This document shows, one piece after another, positions 11,614 to 21,543 of a DNA stretch of 49,411 nt. This stretch comes from Aquificota bacterium (lineage in GTDB: Bacteria; Aquificota; Aquificia; Aquificales; QOAS01), in contig JAADCT010000044.1 in the NCBI GenBank assembly GCA_013154305.1, positions 1 to 49,411 of the forward strand, read 5' to 3'. Each line of letters starts with the position of its first letter. Positions within the stretch are counted from its first letter, which is position 1. Both the position numbers and the translations under genes were made by a program. The notes under the pieces were generated by a model, which did no database searches, was not told the origin of the DNA, and saw nothing but the letters and a program-made list of their open reading frames with translations.

Positions 11614-13032
11614 ATGGAAGAGAAAAAGAAGATAGACCTGAAGGAGACTCTAAACCTTCCCAAAACCGACTTTCCGATGAAGGCAAACCTCCCCAAAAGG
11701 GAACCCCAAATCTTGGAACTTTGGAAGGACCTCTACGAGAAAATAAAAAAGGAGAGGAAAGGAAAGCCGCGCTGGGTCCTCCACGACGGGCCGCCCTACG
11801 CCAACGGCGCCATTCACATCGGCCACGCCCTCAACAAAATCCTCAAGGACGTGATTAACAAGTACGAGCTGATGCTCGGCAAGGAGCTCGACTTCGTGCC
11901 CGGCTGGGACTGCCACGGATTGCCCATCGAACTGAAGGTCGAAGAGCAGTTGAAGGAAAAGGGCCTCTCCAAGGAGCAGGTGCCAAAGCCCGAATTTCGG
12001 AGAATGTGCCGCGAATACGCCGCCAAGTGGGTCGAGGTTCAAAAGAGGGACTTCGTGCGCCTCGGGGTCCTCGGCGACTGGAAAAATCCCTACCTGACCA
12101 TGGACCCCGCCTATCAGGCTACCGAAATTCGCGAGCTCGGACGCATTTTCCGCCGCGGCATCGTCTACCGCGGTAAAAAACCCGTCTACTGGTGCATCTT
12201 CTGCACCACCGCCGAGGCCGAGGCCGAGGTCGAATACTCCGAAAAGAAGGACCCCTCCGTTTTCGTAAAGTTTCGCGTCAAAAACCCCGAAAGTCTGGCG
12301 CCCAACCTGAAGGACCGCAAGGTCTACGCGATAATTTGGACCACCACTCCCTGGACCCTGCCGGCCAACCTCGGAATAATGGTAAATCCGGAGGCCGAAT
12401 ACGCCCTCGTCGAAATGGGCGACCTGACGCCCGGCGACGAGGTCTTTATCGTGGCCAAAGAGCTCATGGACTCCTTTTTCGAGCAAACCGGCCTTCCCGA
12501 GGGGATAATTCTGGGAACCGTAAAGGGAGAAAAACTCGTCGGCCTCGAATACGAACATCCCTTCAACACCAAGGAGTTTCTCTCGAAGTTTCTCTCACCC
12601 CGGACGGTCGAAAACATGTGGAAGATTTACCCCTCGGAGTTCGTCACCCTCGACGCCGGAACCGGTTTGGTTCACATGGCCCCCGGCCACGGTGCCGAGG
12701 ACTACGCCGTCGGTAAGCGCTACGGCCTTGAGCCCTTTGCGCCCGTGGACGACGAGGGCCGCTACACCGACGAGGTAATAGAACCCCTGAGGGGGCTTCG
12801 AATTTACGAGCAAACCGGCCGCAGGAACAAAGAGGGCTATCAAATCGTCCGCTCGCCCGCCAACTATCAAGTAATCGAGATTTTGAAGGAGAAAAACGCC
12901 CTCGCTTCGCTCGGGGACCTCAAACACTCCTATCCCCACTGTTGGCGATGCAAAAGCCCCGTAATCTTCCGCGCAACGCCCCAGTGGTTCATCGCAATGG
13001 ACGAGCCGATGGGGGACCTCCCCGAGGACTAA
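11614..13032 (+). CDS. ileS: Isoleucyl-tRNA synthetase, N-terminal half only (HIGH region plus CP1 editing domain; truncated or split)
   Basis: PPYANGAIHIGHALNK (HIGH), WTTTPWTLPAN, GTGLVHMAPGHGAEDY and HCWRCKSPVIFRATPQWFIAMDE are present. The ORF then ends after 8 more residues at TAA 13030..13032. There is no KMSKS motif or anticodon-binding domain. The start is ATG 11614 (MEEKKKIDLKETLNLPKT). Confidence 0.85.
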   Translation: MEEKKKIDLKETLNLPKTDFPMKANLPKREPQILELWKDLYEKIKKERKGKPRWVLHDGPPYANGAIHIGHALNKILKDVINKYELMLGKELDFVPGWDCHGLPIELKVEEQLKEKGLSKEQVPKPEFRRMCREYAAKWVEVQKRDFVRLGVLGDWKNPYLTMDPAYQATEIRELGRIFRRGIVYRGKKPVYWCIFCTTAEAEAEVEYSEKKDPSVFVKFRVKNPESLAPNLKDRKVYAIIWTTTPWTLPANLGIMVNPEAEYALVEMGDLTPGDEVFIVAKELMDSFFEQTGLPEGIILGTVKGEKLVGLEYEHPFNTKEFLSKFLSPRTVENMWKIYPSEFVTLDAGTGLVHMAPGHGAEDYAVGKRYGLEPFAPVDDEGRYTDEVIEPLRGLRIYEQTGRRNKEGYQIVRSPANYQVIEILKEKNALASLGDLKHSYPHCWRCKSPVIFRATPQWFIAMDEPMGDLPED

Positions 13033-13577
13033 AAGTTTTTCTTTTCCCCTTTTCGGTCCTTTTCCCTCAACAGTTTTCCGCAGAGGGCGTTTGAACACTC
13101 GGGCGCCCCGACCAGTTTCAAAACCTCCTTTCCAATCGGGTCGGGAATTCCGCCCATCGACGACGCCAGGTGGAGGTGAAGGCACTTTACCCCGAGGGGA
13201 CTTTCAATCCCTCCGATACCGCCCTTTATCAGCTTCAACTTCAGGCGGTAGGGGAGCTCCGGCGGCAAAAGGGCCTTTCTGAGCGAGCGCTCGAGGGCGT
13301 GGGCCTTGAGGTAGCGGCCCCGAAAGCGCGCGTCGCGGCGCAGACGCTCCTCAAAGCGCCTTATCCAACCCTTTTCCTCCAGTTTCGAAACCTCCCTAAC
13401 GAGGTGGGGACACGACAACCAAAAGAGGGTCGGAAAGGGCTTTCCGTCCACCAGGGGGGGATTTTCCAAAACCTGGGGAAATCCGTGCCGACAGAGCTTT
13501 ACTACCTTGTAGTTTCCCTTGGGGGTTTTTCCCAGCTGAAGCCTTAAAACGGGTTCGAAACGGCGGGAAAGGCTCAT
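13029..13577 (-). CDS. DUF501-family protein
   Basis: PFPTLFWLSCPHL and GVKCLHLHLASSMGG match the DUF501 signature as I remember it from actinobacterial homologues (PFPTLYYLTCP, VKCLHVLVAH). The stop overlaps the ileS stop by 4 nt. Confidence 0.75.
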   Translation of the reverse strand: MSLSRRFEPVLRLQLGKTPKGNYKVVKLCRHGFPQVLENPPLVDGKPFPTLFWLSCPHLVREVSKLEEKGWIRRFEERLRRDARFRGRYLKAHALERSLRKALLPPELPYRLKLKLIKGGIGGIESPLGVKCLHLHLASSMGGIPDPIGKEVLKLVGAPECSNALCGKLLREKDRKGEKKNF

Positions 13578-13870
13578 AGAGGTTTAACTTTCCACACCGA
13601 ACCGGCGGCGTCCTCGACGAAAACCGCCGCCCCCTTTTTCAACTTCCGCGGCGAAAAGACGAGCCTCTTTACCGTCCTACCGTCGCGCAGTTTTAAAACC
13701 GCCTCGTAGAGGTAGTCCCCCACGGCCCGCGTCTGCAGGACCAGCCCGACCGCCCGCTCCCCGCGGCGCTCTTTACCCCTCAAAACCGCCGCCGCCAAAA
13801 GACCCGCCAGCACCAGCAGCCCCGCTAGCACCAACTTACCCACCATCGCCTTTACTATTCTCGTTGGCAT
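13574..13870 (-). CDS. Small membrane-anchored hypothetical protein
   Basis: There is one N-terminal hydrophobic helix (VGKLVLAGLLVLAGLLAAAVL). The gene overlaps the DUF501 start by 4 nt, so the two are probably an operon. ATG 13870 is preferred over TTG 13900; ATG 13846 is also possible. Confidence 0.5.
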   Translation of the reverse strand: MPTRIVKAMVGKLVLAGLLVLAGLLAAAVLRGKERRGERAVGLVLQTRAVGDYLYEAVLKLRDGRTVKRLVFSPRKLKKGAAVFVEDAAGSVWKVKPL

Positions 13871-13959
13871 TTCGGGCAAATGAATGTAAATTAATGTCAA
13901 GTTTCCTAGAACCTGACAAAGTTCACCTGTTTTTTCTCAGTCCGTCGAGTTCAAAGTTT

Positions 13960-14100
13960 TAAAAGTTCCGAATTAATTCGAAAAACTTTTACCGAAAGTA
14001 GGACCGCAAGTTCCGAAAAAGTTGGAAAAATTTCCGCAAGTTCCGCCGAAAGTTTCCGAAAGTTTGAACGCGGCCGAGGTTTTTGAACCGCCGAAAAAGT
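13960..14100. repeat. Cluster of short direct repeats and a palindrome in a 248-bp non-coding gap
   Basis: CCGAAAGT starts at 13992, 14046 and 14056. CCGAAAAAGT starts at 14013 and 14091. The exact 12-mer CCGCAAGTTCCG occurs at 14004..14015 and 14034..14045. A perfect 12-bp palindrome CGAATTAATTCG lies at 13969..13980. Confidence 0.8.
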
Positions 14101-14148
14101 CGGGAAAGGGTCGGCGAACTTTTTAAAAGTTTTCACCTTCGGAGGGGT

Positions 14149-14760
14149 TTAGCCGCCGACTTCCGAAAGGGGAAGTCGACCTTTGAGGACCCCCTCGCGG
14201 AGAACTTTCAGTTTTCCCTCGGGGGAGACCTCGACCACCGCCGAGGGCGGTCCCTCGAGCCTTCCGCCGTCGTAGTAGACGGCTACGCCGTTTCCGAAGT
14301 AAAAGAGGGCGTGAACGGCGTCCTTGGCCGGCGGGAAACCCTCCCAGTTGGCGCTGGGGGCAACTATCGGGCGTCCGTAGGCCTCCAAAAATTCCCTGAC
14401 AAAGCCGCCCTTTACCAGTCGGAAGGCTATCTTCCCGCTTCCGCGGGAAATCCATTCGAAACCTTCGACCTTTAAGAGGACCGAAACGGGAACGTCGAGC
14501 AAAAAGAGTTTTTTCGCCGCCTCGGGGACCTCCTTTAGGAAGAAAAATTCCTTCAGCCACGAAAGGCGGGGAATTAAAACGATAACCGGCTTGGTGGGCG
14601 TTCGGTGTTTGAGCTCGAAAACCCTCTCGACGGCCCGGTAGTCGAGCGCGTCGGCACAAATGCCGTAGAGCGTGTCGGTGGGCAATACGACGGGAAAGCC
14701 CTTTTTCAGGAACTTTACGCCGAGGGGTATCCTCTCGGCCGTCGCCGGCACCACGAACAT
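14149..14760 (-). CDS. tsaC: L-threonylcarbamoyladenylate synthase (YrdC/TsaC family)
   Basis: VVLPTDTLYGICADA, KHRTPTKPVIVLI and IVAPSANWEG are present. The start is set at the internal ATG 14760. The upstream 180 codons of the 383-aa ORF are a shadow of folC. Confidence 0.85.
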   Translation of the reverse strand: MFVVPATAERIPLGVKFLKKGFPVVLPTDTLYGICADALDYRAVERVFELKHRTPTKPVIVLIPRLSWLKEFFFLKEVPEAAKKLFLLDVPVSVLLKVEGFEWISRGSGKIAFRLVKGGFVREFLEAYGRPIVAPSANWEGFPPAKDAVHALFYFGNGVAVYYDGGRLEGPPSAVVEVSPEGKLKVLREGVLKGRLPLSEVGG

Positions 14761-14783
14761 TGAACAAGTTATTGAATTTAAGG

Positions 14784-14799
14784 CCGCCCCGGCGGGCGG
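14784..14799. promoter_or_regulatory. GC palindrome CCGCCC-CGGC-GGGCGG centred in the 63-bp tsaC/folC divergent spacer
   Basis: The arms are 6 bp. It is flanked by TAGAAT (14800..14805) on the plus side and TAAATT on the minus side. Confidence 0.5.
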
Positions 14800-14823
14800 T
14801 AGAATGTTAAAGCTGGTTTCCCG

Positions 14824-16874
<2,051 letters not shown>

Positions 16875-16898
16875 TTAAAGGTTAAAACCGAAGAACCC

Positions 16899-17987
16899 TT
16901 AAAGGTCGTAAGCGACCACCTCCCCCTCGTAGTTTCGAAAGTAGTAGCGGTTTCCCTCCTTTTTAAGGAGGTATCGGGGCTGGAGGGGGACCTTACCTTT
17001 GCCGCCGGGCAGGTCGACGGCGTAAGTCGGCTGGGCCAGCCCGCTGAGCCTCCCGCGCAGGCGGGCAACGATTTTTAACCCATCCTCTATCGAGGTTCTA
17101 AAGTGCACCGTACCGAAAATCGGGTCGCAATGAAAGAGGTAGTAGGGCTTTACGCCTACTTTTACCAAACTTCTAAAGAGTTTTTCCAAGGTGGAGGCGT
17201 CGTCGTTTACGCCCTTTAAAAGGACCGTTTGGTTCAAAACCGGGTTTCCGGTTTTCAGAATTGCCCTTATCGCCTTTTTGGCCTCCTCGGTCAGCTCCTT
17301 AGGATGGTTGAAGTGGGTCACGACCCAGAGGGGGGAAAACTCCTCCAGGACCTTCAGGAGGTCCTCGTCGTAAAACCTTTGGGGGAGAATGACCGGCGTG
17401 CGCGTTCCTATCCGAAACACCTCGAGGTGGTCGATTTTTTTCAACTCCCTCAGGTAGTGGGCCAGCCTTTCGTTCGAAAGCACCAGGGGGTCCCCGCCGC
17501 TTATCAAAACCTCCCTAACCCGGTCGTTTTTTTTGAGGTAGTCCCAAATTCGGCGAAACTCCTCCTCCGAAATGGCCCTTTCGGGTTTTCCCACCTTCCT
17601 CTTTCTCATGCAGTGGCGGCAGTAGACGGGACACATCGTCGTAACCGTTATCAAAACCCGGTCGGGGTACCGGTGCGTAAGGTGGGGAACCTCGGTTTCC
17701 TCCTCCAGGGCGTTGGGGTCGCAGTTTACCTGAACCGACGGGTCGACCTCCGAATAGCGGGGAACCACCTGTTTGCGAACCGGACATTCGGGGTCCTCCG
17801 CGTCGGCCAGCGAAAGGTAGTAGGGCGTGACCGCGACGGGAAATTGGCGCGCCGCCAGCTCCAGCCCCCTCTCCTCGTCCTCGGTAAGGTTTTTGAAGTA
17901 AGCTCTGAGCCCTTCGGGGGTTTTCACCCTGTTTCGGAGCTGCCACCGCCAGTCGTCCCAATCGGGGGACCTCCTCATCTCCTCCAC
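16899..17987 (-). CDS. KamA-family radical SAM aminomutase (lysine 2,3-aminomutase / EpmB-like)
   Basis: CPVYCRHCMRK (CxxxCxxC), ISGGDPL and NQTVLLKGVNDD are present. The start is GTG 17987 or ATG 17978. Confidence 0.9.
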   Translation of the reverse strand: MEEMRRSPDWDDWRWQLRNRVKTPEGLRAYFKNLTEDEERGLELAARQFPVAVTPYYLSLADAEDPECPVRKQVVPRYSEVDPSVQVNCDPNALEEETEVPHLTHRYPDRVLITVTTMCPVYCRHCMRKRKVGKPERAISEEEFRRIWDYLKKNDRVREVLISGGDPLVLSNERLAHYLRELKKIDHLEVFRIGTRTPVILPQRFYDEDLLKVLEEFSPLWVVTHFNHPKELTEEAKKAIRAILKTGNPVLNQTVLLKGVNDDASTLEKLFRSLVKVGVKPYYLFHCDPIFGTVHFRTSIEDGLKIVARLRGRLSGLAQPTYAVDLPGGKGKVPLQPRYLLKKEGNRYYFRNYEGEVVAYDL

Positions 17988-18498
17988 GCCGAAGGTATTA
18001 GATTAAAGGTTCCCCGACCGGGGGGATTAAGCTTTCGTAAAACCCTCGGGGGTCTTACTTCGTTGAAGTGCCGGTCCGACTTCGGGTTTAAAATTTGCCC
18101 GAAAGAGGTAAAACTTTCACTTTTAAGTTTTGAGACAACCCAAAGGAGGACCTTTAAAGTAAGTTAAGTTCCTCCCTAACTCGGTAAATTCCCTTTCTAA
18201 CCTTGTATGGGTCCTCTTTGGTTGCAAGCCGCCTTGAAAAGTCTTCTTCCGGCTTAGGTATTTCCCTCTCCGAGGTTTCTTTTGAAACTTCCCCGCGATT
18301 TTTCCGCTATTATTCGCTCGGGGGAATGGAGTGTTTTAAAATCCCCTCCAACCCATCCGACAGTTCTACCTCTCAAAACCACCCAAAAAGGTTGAGAAAA
18401 AAAGTTTGTACCTTTTGCGGGTCAAAGGTAAAAGTTCCTCCGACCGGCGAAAGTTTGAACCGGAACCCGTCGGAGGAAGGCGGCAAAAAGGAAAACCG

Positions 18499-19329
18499 CT
18501 AAAGGAGTTTCTTTATCTCCTCCACCAATTTGGGTAAAACCTCGGCGGCCGAAGCCCTGAAAGAGTAGTCGGCGAGGGGCGTCAGGGGGGTTTCCTCGGG
18601 GTTTACCTCGACGAGGAGGCCACCGCGCTTTTTGCAAACCTCGGGCAGGTAGGCGGCCGGATACACCACCGCCGAGGTTCCTATCGAAAAGCAATACTTC
18701 GAGTTTTCGGCCACCTCGAAGGCCCGGGCGAGAACGTGCTCGGGCAGGGGTTCGCCGAACCAAACCACTCCGGGCCCGACGATGCCGCCGCAGACGGTGC
18801 AACGGGGCAGTTTGTCCTCGGTCAGACCCTCCAAAACGAGCTTTTTAAATTCCTCCTCCGAGAGGTTTTTCAAAAATTCGCGGTCCGCCAAGGGGAAGAG
18901 GACCTTAAATTCGTGCTCCTTGTAGTGTTGGCCGCAGTAGCGGCACTTTCCCTCCCAAATGTTTCCGTGGAGTTCCAAAAACCGCCTTTGACCGGCGAGG
19001 CGGTGAAGCCCGTCGACGTTTTGCGTTATGTGCCAAAACCGGGGAAAGAGTTTTTCCATCTCCACCAGCGCGTAGTGGGCCGCGTTGGGCGCCGCCTTGG
19101 CTATCAGCCACATTCGCCAAAGGTACCACTTCCAAACCCGCAGGGGGTCCTCCTCGAAGGCCTCAAAGGTTGCCAGCTCCCGCGGGTCGAACTTGTTCCA
19201 AAGGCCGTCCTTTCCGCCCCTGAAGGTGGGAACGCCGCTGGCGGCCGAAAGACCGGCCCCGCTGAGCGCGAAACCGACCTCGTCCCTTAAAGGGACCAAC
19301 CTTTGGGCCAGTTCCCTTATCGGGTCCAT
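18499..19329 (-). CDS. cobB: NAD-dependent protein deacylase (Sir2/CobB family)
   Basis: GAGLSAASGVPTFRG, TQNVDGLH, the zinc cysteines CRYCG...CTVCGG, and GTSAVVYPAA are present. Confidence 0.9.
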   Translation of the reverse strand: MDPIRELAQRLVPLRDEVGFALSGAGLSAASGVPTFRGGKDGLWNKFDPRELATFEAFEEDPLRVWKWYLWRMWLIAKAAPNAAHYALVEMEKLFPRFWHITQNVDGLHRLAGQRRFLELHGNIWEGKCRYCGQHYKEHEFKVLFPLADREFLKNLSEEEFKKLVLEGLTEDKLPRCTVCGGIVGPGVVWFGEPLPEHVLARAFEVAENSKYCFSIGTSAVVYPAAYLPEVCKKRGGLLVEVNPEETPLTPLADYSFRASAAEVLPKLVEEIKKLL

Positions 19330-19385
19330 TTCTGAAAAATCCTATAACGGTAGAGATTTTCGCAACTTATCGTTTTATTAGTGCT

Positions 19386-20747
19386 ATGACCGAAACCGTT
19401 AAAGGGTCCGAAGAGAGGAAAACCGAAAAAGGACCCAAAAAGGTTTTCATAAAGACCTTCGGCTGTCAGATGAACGTCAACGACAGCGAGAGGATAAAGG
19501 GAATTTTGAAACGGTTGGGATACGAATTTACCGACGACTGGAAGAGGGCAGACCTCATTTTGTTAAACACCTGCACGGTGAGGGAAAAACCCGACCGAAA
19601 GGTTTTGGCCCACATCGGCGAATACAAGAAGGTAAAGGAGATTAACCCCCGGGCGAAAATAGGCGTCTGCGGTTGCCTGGCCCAGCGGATGGGCGAGGAG
19701 CTCGACCGCCGCGCCGGCGGCGTCATCGACCTGATGTTTTCCTCCTACAACATCCACCACCTTCCCGAACTGCTCGAAAAGGTCGAAAGGGGCCAAAAGG
19801 CGATAGAAATTCTCGACGAACCGCCCGAGGACGAATGGGAAATGTTCGAGTATCCCACCATCAGGGAAAATCCCTACTGGGCCTTCGTAACGATAATGAA
19901 AGGTTGCGACAAGGATTGCACCTACTGCGTCGTTCCCCAAACGAGGGGCCGCGAAAGGAGCAGACCCATAAGGAGCATACTCCAAGAAATTAAGGACCTC
20001 GTAAAGGACGGGGTTAAGGAGGTCCACCTGTTGGGACAAAACGTCACCGCCTGGGGCAAGGACTTCGAAACGCCCATACCCTTTAGCTACCTGCTTTACA
20101 AAATTGCCGAAATCGACGGCGTCGAGCGCATCCGCTTCACCACCGGCTATCCCTCCGACCTCACCGACGACCTCATCAAGGCCATAGGCGAAATACCCCA
20201 AATAGCCGACGCGCTTCACCTGCCCTTTCAAAGCGGAAGCAACCGCATTTTGCGCCTGATGCACCGCTACTATACCAAGGAGGAATATCTCGAAAAGGTC
20301 GAAAAACTGCGCGAGGTTCGGCCCGACATAGCCCTCTCGGCCGACGTCATCGTCGGCTTCCCCGGCGAAACGGAGAAGGACTTTGAGGAAACCCTCGACC
20401 TCGTCGAAAAGGCCAAGTTCGAACAACTCTTTTCCTTCAAGTACTCGCCGCGGCCCGGGACCCCGGCGGCCGAATATCCCGACCAGGTCCCCGACGAGGT
20501 AAAAACCGAAAGGATGCACCGCCTGCTGGAACTTCAAAAGAGGATAATGAACGAACTTTCTCGGCGTTACCCCGGGCGCGTGGTCTACCCCCTCTTTGAG
20601 CGCTACGCCGACGGAAAGCTAATCGGCCGCGACGAGCACAACAAGTGGGTCGAGGTAAAGAGCGACCAAAAACACCTCCTCGGAAAAATCGTTCCCGTCC
20701 GCGTAAAGGAGGCCTCCGCCTACGTCCTTTACGGGGAGCTCGTTTGA
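19386..20747 (+). CDS. miaB: tRNA-i6A37 methylthiotransferase
   Basis: The product has an N-terminal UPF0004 domain (FIKTFGCQMNVNDSE), a radical SAM motif (CDKDCTYC) and a C-terminal TRAM-like domain. Confidence 0.9.
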   Translation: MTETVKGSEERKTEKGPKKVFIKTFGCQMNVNDSERIKGILKRLGYEFTDDWKRADLILLNTCTVREKPDRKVLAHIGEYKKVKEINPRAKIGVCGCLAQRMGEELDRRAGGVIDLMFSSYNIHHLPELLEKVERGQKAIEILDEPPEDEWEMFEYPTIRENPYWAFVTIMKGCDKDCTYCVVPQTRGRERSRPIRSILQEIKDLVKDGVKEVHLLGQNVTAWGKDFETPIPFSYLLYKIAEIDGVERIRFTTGYPSDLTDDLIKAIGEIPQIADALHLPFQSGSNRILRLMHRYYTKEEYLEKVEKLREVRPDIALSADVIVGFPGETEKDFEETLDLVEKAKFEQLFSFKYSPRPGTPAAEYPDQVPDEVKTERMHRLLELQKRIMNELSRRYPGRVVYPLFERYADGKLIGRDEHNKWVEVKSDQKHLLGKIVPVRVKEASAYVLYGELV

Positions 20748-20814
20748 GAAGTTCCCTTTAAAGTTTTCCCCTTGACCCCTTTGAGGTTCCGCCCTTAAAG
20801 TTTTCCTTCCCGCC

Positions 20815-21471
20815 GTGGGAAGGGAGGTCTTAAAACTCGTAAAGGTGAAAAAGCGCTTCGGACCCGTCGAGGTTCTAAAGGGCGTGGACCTTACGCTGGA
20901 GGAGGGGGACTTTGCCGCCGTCGTGGGACCCTCGGGAAGCGGAAAGTCGACGCTCCTTATGGTGGCCGCCGGCCTCGAACTTCCCTCCGAAGGGGAGGTT
21001 TACCTCTTCGGTCGGAGAATAGACCTACTGTCGGAAAAGGAGCGCGACCGATGGCGCCGCCGAAGGGTGGCCTTCGTCTTCCAAAACCCCTTCCTGCTGG
21101 AGGACTTTACGGTATTGGAAAACTTGGAGGTTTTCGGAAAGCTCCTGGGGGTCGAAAACCACCGCCGCCGCTCGGAGGAGCTTTTAAAGCTCTTCGGTCT
21201 TTGGCACCTCAGGGACAGGAAACCGCCCGCCCTGTCGGGCGGGGAGAGGCAGCGGCTGGCCGTTGCCCGCGCCGTCCTGAGCGGCGCGCCGCTGATTTTG
21301 GCCGACGAACCCACCGGAAGCCTCGACCGGGAAAACGCCCTTCGGGTTTTCGAACTCTTTAGGGAACTGAACCGGGCGGGAACCGCCTTTTTGGTCGTAA
21401 CGCACAATCGGGACCTGCTGGGGCTGTTTAAAAAAGTTTTCAAACTCCGAAACGGGTTAATAACTGATTAA
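20815..21471 (+). CDS. ABC transporter ATP-binding protein (LolD/MacB/FtsE-like), with no adjacent permease
   Basis: Walker A GPSGSGKST, signature LSGGERQRLAVARA and Walker B LILADEPTGSLD are present. The start is GTG. Confidence 0.85.
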   Translation: MGREVLKLVKVKKRFGPVEVLKGVDLTLEEGDFAAVVGPSGSGKSTLLMVAAGLELPSEGEVYLFGRRIDLLSEKERDRWRRRRVAFVFQNPFLLEDFTVLENLEVFGKLLGVENHRRRSEELLKLFGLWHLRDRKPPALSGGERQRLAVARAVLSGAPLILADEPTGSLDRENALRVFELFRELNRAGTAFLVVTHNRDLLGLFKKVFKLRNGLITD

Positions 21472-21543
21472 ACCCAACGGTGAAGGGCCTCCTAAAAACC
21501 TACATTAAAAGTTAGGTAGTCTTAAATAGGAGGCATGGGAGGG

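Noticed and set aside
13960-14100. Possible CRISPR array or origin of replication in the repeat cluster.
   Set aside because: The repeats are only 8-12 nt with irregular spacing, so this is not a CRISPR array. I recognised no DnaA-box-like 9-mers and no dnaA or dnaN nearby, so an oriC assignment cannot be supported from sequence alone.
13951-14136. 61-aa minus-strand ORF in the repeat-rich gap. It contains FPTFS twice.
   Set aside because: The peptide repeat is just the translation of the DNA repeats. There is no SD or start context, so the ORF is more likely non-coding. It is kept only as part of the repeat finding.
18203-18502. 99-aa plus-strand ORF in the 511-bp gap. It includes RKKVCTFCG, which faintly recalls the ribosomal protein S18 N-terminus.
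   Set aside because: It is Ser-rich with T-ending codons unlike all confirmed genes and has a TTG start without an SD. The rest of the S18 pattern (IDYKD..., LLPY) is absent.
18518-18529. CTCCTCCACCAA, reminiscent of a tmRNA/tRNA 3' end (CCACCA).
   Set aside because: It lies inside the cobB coding region on the opposite strand, and no T-loop or acceptor pairing lies upstream.
18499-19329. SIR2-domain protein as a possible defence-system component (Thoeris, DSR or SIR2-HerA type).
   Set aside because: It has the full canonical sirtuin deacylase layout, including the four-Cys zinc module and the ~275-aa size. It has no fused or adjacent effector or sensor domain, so it is a housekeeping CobB-type enzyme.
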